The notes below the pieces were generated by a model. The model was not told the origin of the DNA. It saw only the letters and a list, made by a program, of their open reading frames with translations, and made no database searches. Shown piece by piece: positions 59,081 to 64,000 of a stretch of 64,000 nucleotides of DNA. The position numbers were made by a program, and so were the translations under genes. The stretch's first letter is position 1, and each line of letters starts with the position of its first letter. Where the stretch lies: the sequence record OM386655.1, one strand, 5' to 3'. Source of the stretch: Escherichia phage vB_EcoM_ESCO10.

Positions 59081-59347
59081 CTATACAATCTTGACTCTGC
59101 GATTGATAATATCGCGGAAGTCAATACGATTTTCTTGGATTTTCAACCAGTTGCCGGATTTGTCTTTGGTGTGGGTAGAATATTCACCGTTCCACCAGAA
59201 GTCAGTAGCATAAGTCATGGTTTCGTATTTCTTAACTAACGCATTAACTGCATTACCGTTAGGATTGCGGCCAAATTTTTCTACCAAGGCTTTGATGTCT
59301 TTATCAAGAGCGGAAAGTGTAGTACGAATAAAGTTTAACTTGTTCAT
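59081..59347 (-). CDS. hypothetical early protein embedded between genes 23 and 24
   Basis: Start placed at ATG 59347 behind GAGGAGA SD; early-promoter cassette at 59377..59406; T4 carries segD at this position. Confidence 0.5.
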   Translation of the reverse strand: MNKLNFIRTTLSALDKDIKALVEKFGRNPNGNAVNALVKKYETMTYATDFWWNGEYSTHTKDKSGNWLKIQENRIDFRDIINRRVKIV

Positions 59348-59376
59348 TTTTAATCTCCTCATGTTTTGATAGGTCT

Positions 59377-59406
59377 ATAGTAACACGTGATAACCTTGGT
59401 GTAAAC
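59377..59406 (-). promoter_or_regulatory. early promoter cassette for the minus-strand gene between 23 and 24
   Basis: GTTTAC 59401..59406, 18 nt, TACTAT 59377..59382; conserved leader. Confidence 0.55.
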
Positions 59407-59412
59407 AACTTT

Positions 59413-59420
59413 TATAAATA
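59413..59420 (+). promoter_or_regulatory. late promoter (TATAAATA) for gene 24
   Basis: Exact TATAAATA 28 nt upstream of ATG; divergent from and abutting the minus-strand early promoter. Confidence 0.65.
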
Positions 59421-59448
59421 AACATATACCCTCAATAAGGAAAGCGCA

Positions 59449-60729
59449 ATGGCAAAGATTAACGAATTACTGCGCGAGTCAACAACTACTACCAGCAACT
59501 CATTGGGTCGCCCTAATCTTGTTGCTTTGACCCGTGCTACCACTAAACTAATTTATCGCGATATCATCGCTGAACAGCGTACAAACCAGCCTATCGCTGC
59601 GTTATACGGTGTCAAATACCTTACCCCTGATAATGAATTTAGCTTCCAGACTGGTGCTACTTACGGTGGTGAAGTTGGTTCTAAAGACCGTGAAACTATC
59701 CCGGAATTAACAGATAAGTCCCAGGCTATTGCCAAGGGTGGCTACTTTAAGTATCAGAATGTGGTTTATAAGGCTCTCGAATCAAGCCCTCTCGCATCTA
59801 CTAGCGCTACAGAATTGTCTGAAGCCCTCCAAGAAGGTTTAGTATCATTAACGTGTCGTTTGGTTCCAGATGCAGCCCACACAGAGAAATTCGAAGCAAA
59901 CGATGTCGAAATTAGCAATGCTGTATTCCAGGTTAATAAATGGAACGCTCCTGTTAAGTCTCGTAAACTTAAAACTTCTTTGACTGTGGAATTAGCCCAA
60001 GATATGGAATCTAATGGCTTCGACGCGCCGGCGTTCTTAGAAGACCTTTTAGCTACTGTAATGGCAGATGAAATCAATAAAGACGTATTACAATCCTTGA
60101 TTACAGTATCTAAACGTTACAGAGTAACAGGTGTATCTGATAACGGAATTATTGATTTATCTTATAATTCTGCTCCAGAAGGCGCACGTAAATTGTACGA
60201 AATGGTTTGTGAGATGAATTCCGAAATTCAGAAAACTACTTCTTATTCCGGTACGTTTGTTGTTGCCTCTAGTCGTGTGGCTGCGATGCTCGCAGGTTCC
60301 GGTTGGTTGAAACATAAACCTGAAGATGAGGCTTGGCTCCCAGAAACAGCTTATGGTTATTTGATTAATGGCTTACCTGTGTTCTGTGATGTGAATAGTC
60401 CATTGGATTATGTTACCGTAGGTGTTAAAGAAGACTACGGCGGTAATGAAGTTGTTGGTTCTATTTTCTACGCCCCGTACACCGAAGGTTTGGATTTAGA
60501 CGATCAAGAACACGTGGGTGCTTATAAGGTTATTGTAGACCCGGATAGTTTACAACCTTCAATTTCTCTAATGGTCCGTTATGCACTTTCGGCTAACCCT
60601 TATACTGTAGCTAAAGACGATAAAGAAGCTCGTATTATCGACGCAACTAATATGGATTTAATGGCAGGCCAGAGTAATATGTCATATCTGCTTGGTGTTA
60701 AACTTCCTCCAATTATTTACGAGGCATAA
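59449..60729 (+). CDS. 24: gp24 capsid vertex protein
   Basis: 426 aa, highly similar to T4 gp24 (MAKINELLRESTTT.SNS.GRPNLVALTRATTKLIY...). Confidence 0.9.
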   Translation: MAKINELLRESTTTTSNSLGRPNLVALTRATTKLIYRDIIAEQRTNQPIAALYGVKYLTPDNEFSFQTGATYGGEVGSKDRETIPELTDKSQAIAKGGYFKYQNVVYKALESSPLASTSATELSEALQEGLVSLTCRLVPDAAHTEKFEANDVEISNAVFQVNKWNAPVKSRKLKTSLTVELAQDMESNGFDAPAFLEDLLATVMADEINKDVLQSLITVSKRYRVTGVSDNGIIDLSYNSAPEGARKLYEMVCEMNSEIQKTTSYSGTFVVASSRVAAMLAGSGWLKHKPEDEAWLPETAYGYLINGLPVFCDVNSPLDYVTVGVKEDYGGNEVVGSIFYAPYTEGLDLDDQEHVGAYKVIVDPDSLQPSISLMVRYALSANPYTVAKDDKEARIIDATNMDLMAGQSNMSYLLGVKLPPIIYEA

Positions 60730-62013
60730 ATGAAAAAGATTAATGCATTAATACAAGAATCAACTTTGACGGCGGCGAACCAGGTCGCCCGTCCTAATCT
60801 TCTTTCATATACCCGAGCAACCAATAAAAGAATTTTTAAAGCCCTTGTTGCTGAACAAAAAACTACTCAGCCTGTAGCAGCATTATATGGCGTCCGTGTT
60901 TTAAACCCAGATGATAAAATGACTTATCTTGGTGGAGCTACCTTCGCAGGTGAAATTGGTATGTTTGAACGTAAAAACATTCCTGAGTTCACTAATAAAG
61001 ACGAAGCCTATGCTGCTGGTGATATGTTCCAATTTGAAAGCATAGTTTTCAAGGTATTAGAAGCTTCTCCATTTGCCGGAACCACTGAAACCGATTTAGG
61101 TGAAGTTATTTCAGAAGCTATTGCAGCGGGTCATATTCGTATGATGTCTGATGCAGCCTTTACCAATAAATTTGAAAAAGGGCATCCTGAGATTGCTGAA
61201 GCCGGGTTCCGTATTGATAAGTGGCAGACTGAAGTTAAATCACGTAAACTTAAAACTTCTTTGACTGTAGAACTGGCTCAGGATTTAGAATCTAACGGGT
61301 TTAATGCTCCGGACTTTATCGACAATATTTTGGCTATCCAAATGGCTGAAGAAATCAATAAAGACGTTCTACAATCTTTAATTACCGTGAGTTCACGTTT
61401 TAAAGTCCAGGGTGTTTCCGAAAAAGGTGTACTTAATCTTACTGATGCCGCTTATGATAATGCTCAGGACCGCGCGCGTACTTTATATTACTATATGTGT
61501 GAAATGAATTCTGCGGTTCAACGCCAGACTTCTTTTGCAGGTACTTATGCAGTAGCTAGTTCGCGTTGTGCCGCTATTTTAGCTGCGTCCGGTTGGGTTG
61601 AGAAAAAAGAAGACCAGGACGAATTGGCTTATGGTATATTAAAGAATGGACTACCTCTTTATGCTGATATGAATAGTCCGTGTGATTATGTTATTGTTGG
61701 TGTAAATGCTGATATGGGTGAAGGACAGACGGTCGCATCTTTGTATTATGCGCCATATGTAGAAGGCCTGGAAAACGTAGATGATGAGGGTGATACTTCT
61801 GTAGGTGAATTTAAGGTTATTGTAGACCCGGAAAGTTTGCAACCTACCGTAGCCCTGTTGGCTCGATATGCACTGACAGCAAACCCGTATACCGTTGCCA
61901 AAGATGATAAAGAAGCTCGTATTATTGATGGGTCCGATATGGATAAGATGGCTAACCAAAGTCAATTGAGTTCTTATCTTGGTGTTAAACTTCCTCCATT
62001 GGATAAAAACTAA
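60730..62013 (+). CDS. gp24 paralog (second capsid vertex-like protein)
   Basis: 427 aa, roughly half identical to the upstream gp24 by eye (shared KSRKLKTSLTVELAQD, YAPY.EGL, ANPYTVAKDDKEARIID). Confidence 0.85.
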   Translation: MKKINALIQESTLTAANQVARPNLLSYTRATNKRIFKALVAEQKTTQPVAALYGVRVLNPDDKMTYLGGATFAGEIGMFERKNIPEFTNKDEAYAAGDMFQFESIVFKVLEASPFAGTTETDLGEVISEAIAAGHIRMMSDAAFTNKFEKGHPEIAEAGFRIDKWQTEVKSRKLKTSLTVELAQDLESNGFNAPDFIDNILAIQMAEEINKDVLQSLITVSSRFKVQGVSEKGVLNLTDAAYDNAQDRARTLYYYMCEMNSAVQRQTSFAGTYAVASSRCAAILAASGWVEKKEDQDELAYGILKNGLPLYADMNSPCDYVIVGVNADMGEGQTVASLYYAPYVEGLENVDDEGDTSVGEFKVIVDPESLQPTVALLARYALTANPYTVAKDDKEARIIDGSDMDKMANQSQLSSYLGVKLPPLDKN

Positions 62014-62036
62014 AAAGGGCCTTGCGGCCCTTTATC
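62012..62036. terminator. bidirectional terminator between gp24 paralog (+) and rnlB (-)
   Basis: AAAAAGGGCC-TTGC-GGCCCTTT with A/T runs on both sides. Confidence 0.7.
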
Positions 62037-62038
62037 GT

Positions 62039-63046
62039 TTATTTGGATACTAATTCAATCCACACAGCTCGTAGCGTATCTTTAACACACTCAATGAGCT
62101 GCTTTTTAACTTCAACAGGATTTTCTGCATCGGTTAATTCTAATTCTTCACGGGACGCCTCTTCCAAAATATCTTGGACTGTTAGTCCCATTACCTTTCC
62201 GAAATCCTTAGGCGTTACTTCACCAATCTTACTGATAACATTGTTAATACGGTTAACAGTCACATAATCAGTGAATTGCCACATCAAGTCCATGTCATCT
62301 TGGGACAACACAACAGCAGCCTTGATAGGCTTATCAGACTTTTTCTTTTCACTGAATTTAGAGTTCTTACATTTAATCGCTACACGATTTCCATTTGGAA
62401 GCCAGGTAGGAACATCAGGTTTCAGTACAAAGCCTTCAGCCGTAAATACTTTGCCTTCAACCTTTGGAATAAAATCAGTCGAGTTTGCGATAGTCAGGCC
62501 TGCATTATCCACTGCAAAATTGTAATCAGGAACCACAGAATCAAAATCATTAGGGAGCTTAATAAGGTCTTCAAAGCTACCAGTAGCCAGACATGGAGCA
62601 ACTTTAAACTTATGGATAATGCAGAATGCTTCCATCAATGTATCAGTCAGAACAGATTCTGTGCCGTCGTCTTTAGTAACGCGGATATCGAACACATAAA
62701 AATCTTTATCACCATAATCAACATTCTTCTGAATACCTGAACCGGCGAACTCACCATAAATCTGGTACGACTGATAATCAATCGATTCAATTAGATGCTG
62801 AACAGATTTAATAGAATCAGCATAATTCTTTAAAACAATTTCATAGCCATAGAAATCTTCGGCTGGGAGAATTGGGCCAGTGCGCTTGGCGCATGTGACT
62901 GCGTCACGTTCTATGATTAGACTAAAGTTCGTACCATGAATCTTTTCACGAGCTACCCATTCACCATCGGTCATACCATGGGTACGGAGTTTTTCAATGA
63001 ACTTATTGTTGTAGTGGTTTTCCAGACTGCTATATTTCTTGAACAT
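62039..63046 (-). CDS. rnlB: RNA ligase 2
   Basis: 335 aa, highly similar to T4 Rnl2 ([19 protein letters not shown]...[13 protein letters not shown]... with KxHG ligase motif). Confidence 0.9.
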   Translation of the reverse strand: MFKKYSSLENHYNNKFIEKLRTHGMTDGEWVAREKIHGTNFSLIIERDAVTCAKRTGPILPAEDFYGYEIVLKNYADSIKSVQHLIESIDYQSYQIYGEFAGSGIQKNVDYGDKDFYVFDIRVTKDDGTESVLTDTLMEAFCIIHKFKVAPCLATGSFEDLIKLPNDFDSVVPDYNFAVDNAGLTIANSTDFIPKVEGKVFTAEGFVLKPDVPTWLPNGNRVAIKCKNSKFSEKKKSDKPIKAAVVLSQDDMDLMWQFTDYVTVNRINNVISKIGEVTPKDFGKVMGLTVQDILEEASREELELTDAENPVEVKKQLIECVKDTLRAVWIELVSK

Positions 63047-63133
63047 AAATCACCATAATAAATATAATTAAATAGAAGAGCTAGTAATCTTCTGTCACCA
63101 AGCCAAATGGTTTAACGGAAGGACCTAGACCCA

Positions 63134-63373
63134 TTATAACACACCTAAATTTAAAGCATAATACTTTAGACCAAAAACGCGCTTAGCGCCGACCTTTTTA
63201 TTAATCAAACGTTTACGATACACTACTTTTTCTCGTGCTTTAAATTTCTCTTTGGCATTTTCAACTTCAACCCAGGCCTTACCCATTTCTTTAGCTGTCC
63301 CGCCTAAGAGCTTGGCTATTTCAATAAATGTCATACCAGATTCATGTAAAAAATGTACTTTAATCTTATCCAT
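63134..63373 (-). CDS. small basic protein with possible helix-turn-helix
   Basis: 79-aa ORF; MTFIEIAKLLGGTAKEMGKAW HTH-like segment; early-type promoter upstream. Confidence 0.45.
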   Translation of the reverse strand: MDKIKVHFLHESGMTFIEIAKLLGGTAKEMGKAWVEVENAKEKFKAREKVVYRKRLINKKVGAKRVFGLKYYALNLGVL

Positions 63374-63402
63374 AATGATTCCCGTGTTGAGTTAGTGAAG
63401 CC

Positions 63403-63432
63403 ATCTTAACATGGGATTTTTAACTTGTAAAC
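63403..63432 (-). promoter_or_regulatory. early-type promoter for gene 63134..63373
   Basis: GTTTAC 63427..63432, 18 nt, TAAGAT 63403..63408. Confidence 0.45.
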
Positions 63433-63522
63433 AGGAGTTTTATACCAGATATTCTTGAACGAAAGATTTACTTTACAACCGCTAGTACCTTTAATAAATA
63501 TTAAATTAATAACGGGGGATTT

Positions 63523-64000
63523 ATGACACAAACTACAGGTGAAAAAGAAGGTGTATTTTACGGTTATTCTCTTTATGATTTGAATAAAGAAAAACTAATA
63601 ACTTTTGATGAATTACTTACGGGTATTCGAGGAGAGCCTGGAGAAAATGGCGATATTGGACCAAAAGGTGACCAAGGTCCTGTGGGACCCCAAGGTATTC
63701 AAGGGGAAACAGGGGCCCAAGGTATTCAGGGTATTCAAGGTCTAAAAGGTGATAAGGGTGACCAAGGTATTCAAGGACTAAAAGGAGATAAAGGCGACCA
63801 AGGTATTCAAGGAGTTCCTGGAACTCAGGGTCCACAGGGTATTCAAGGTCTAAAAGGTGATAAGGGTGACCAAGGTATTCAAGGGGAAACAGGGGCCCAA
63901 GGTATTCAGGGTATTCAAGGAGTTCCAGGTGCCAAAGGAGATATAGGCCCAGTCGGTCCGGCAGGTTTAACATGGAAAGGTTCTTGGAATATTGCAACTG
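63523..64000 (+). CDS. collagen-like (Gly-X-Y repeat) protein, 3' truncated by window edge
   Basis: ATG 63523 behind GGGGG SD; frame 1 open to window end; about 38 uninterrupted Gly-X-Y triplets from 63622; missing from ORF track because no stop in window. Confidence 0.7.
   Translation, partial: MTQTTGEKEGVFYGYSLYDLNKEKLITFDELLTGIRGEPGENGDIGPKGDQGPVGPQGIQGETGAQGIQGIQGLKGDKGDQGIQGLKGDKGDQGIQGVPGTQGPQGIQGLKGDKGDQGIQGETGAQGIQGIQGVPGAKGDIGPVGPAGLTWKGSWNIAT
63622..63963 (+). repeat. Gly-X-Y triplet repeat region with longer direct repeats
   Basis: ggtattcaaggtctaaaaggtgataagggtgaccaaggtattcaagg recurs around 63841 and in diverged form around 63721/63766. Confidence 0.8.

Noticed and set aside
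63617-63997. Minus-strand 126-aa ORF in the track (…LEYLGHPYHLLDLEYP…)
   Set aside because: It is the antisense reading of the Gly-X-Y repeat region; the plus-strand collagen-like ORF has an SD and a coherent repeat structure.

Overview
This window is a segment of a T4-like (T-even) myovirus genome, identified by gene order and by protein sequences I recognise from memory; no database search was possible. Positions 1-28932 are a densely packed minus-strand block of early/middle genes in T4 order (rI-like, tk, regB, internal-protein-like genes, denV, lysozyme e, nudE, two tRNAs, 57B, 57A, 1, 3, 2, 4), interleaved with many small uncharacterised accessory ORFs. Positions 28979-62013 are the plus-strand late structural block (53, 5, 5.1, 5.4, 6-12, wac, 13, an inserted HNH endonuclease, 14-20, 67, 68, 21-23, two tandem gene-24 paralogs), followed by rnlB on the minus strand and a truncated collagen-like gene at the right edge. 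Regulatory signals are unusually legible: TATAAATA late promoters sit in front of most late genes, and a repeated early-promoter cassette (GTTTAC -35, TACTAT-like -10, usually inside a stem-loop) precedes many early genes. The most interesting candidates for undescribed biology are a tandem array of five small paralogous genes with a conserved C-terminal tail (18858-20105), the stem-loop promoter cassettes whose 3' arm can mask the downstream Shine-Dalgarno, four divergent internal-protein-like genes, a macro-domain gene, a membrane-protein/nucleotidyltransferase module, and the collagen-like gene. Gene starts were adjusted by eye from the ORF track where a Shine-Dalgarno or overlap supported it; all functional calls outside the recognised T4 homologs are motif-level inferences.
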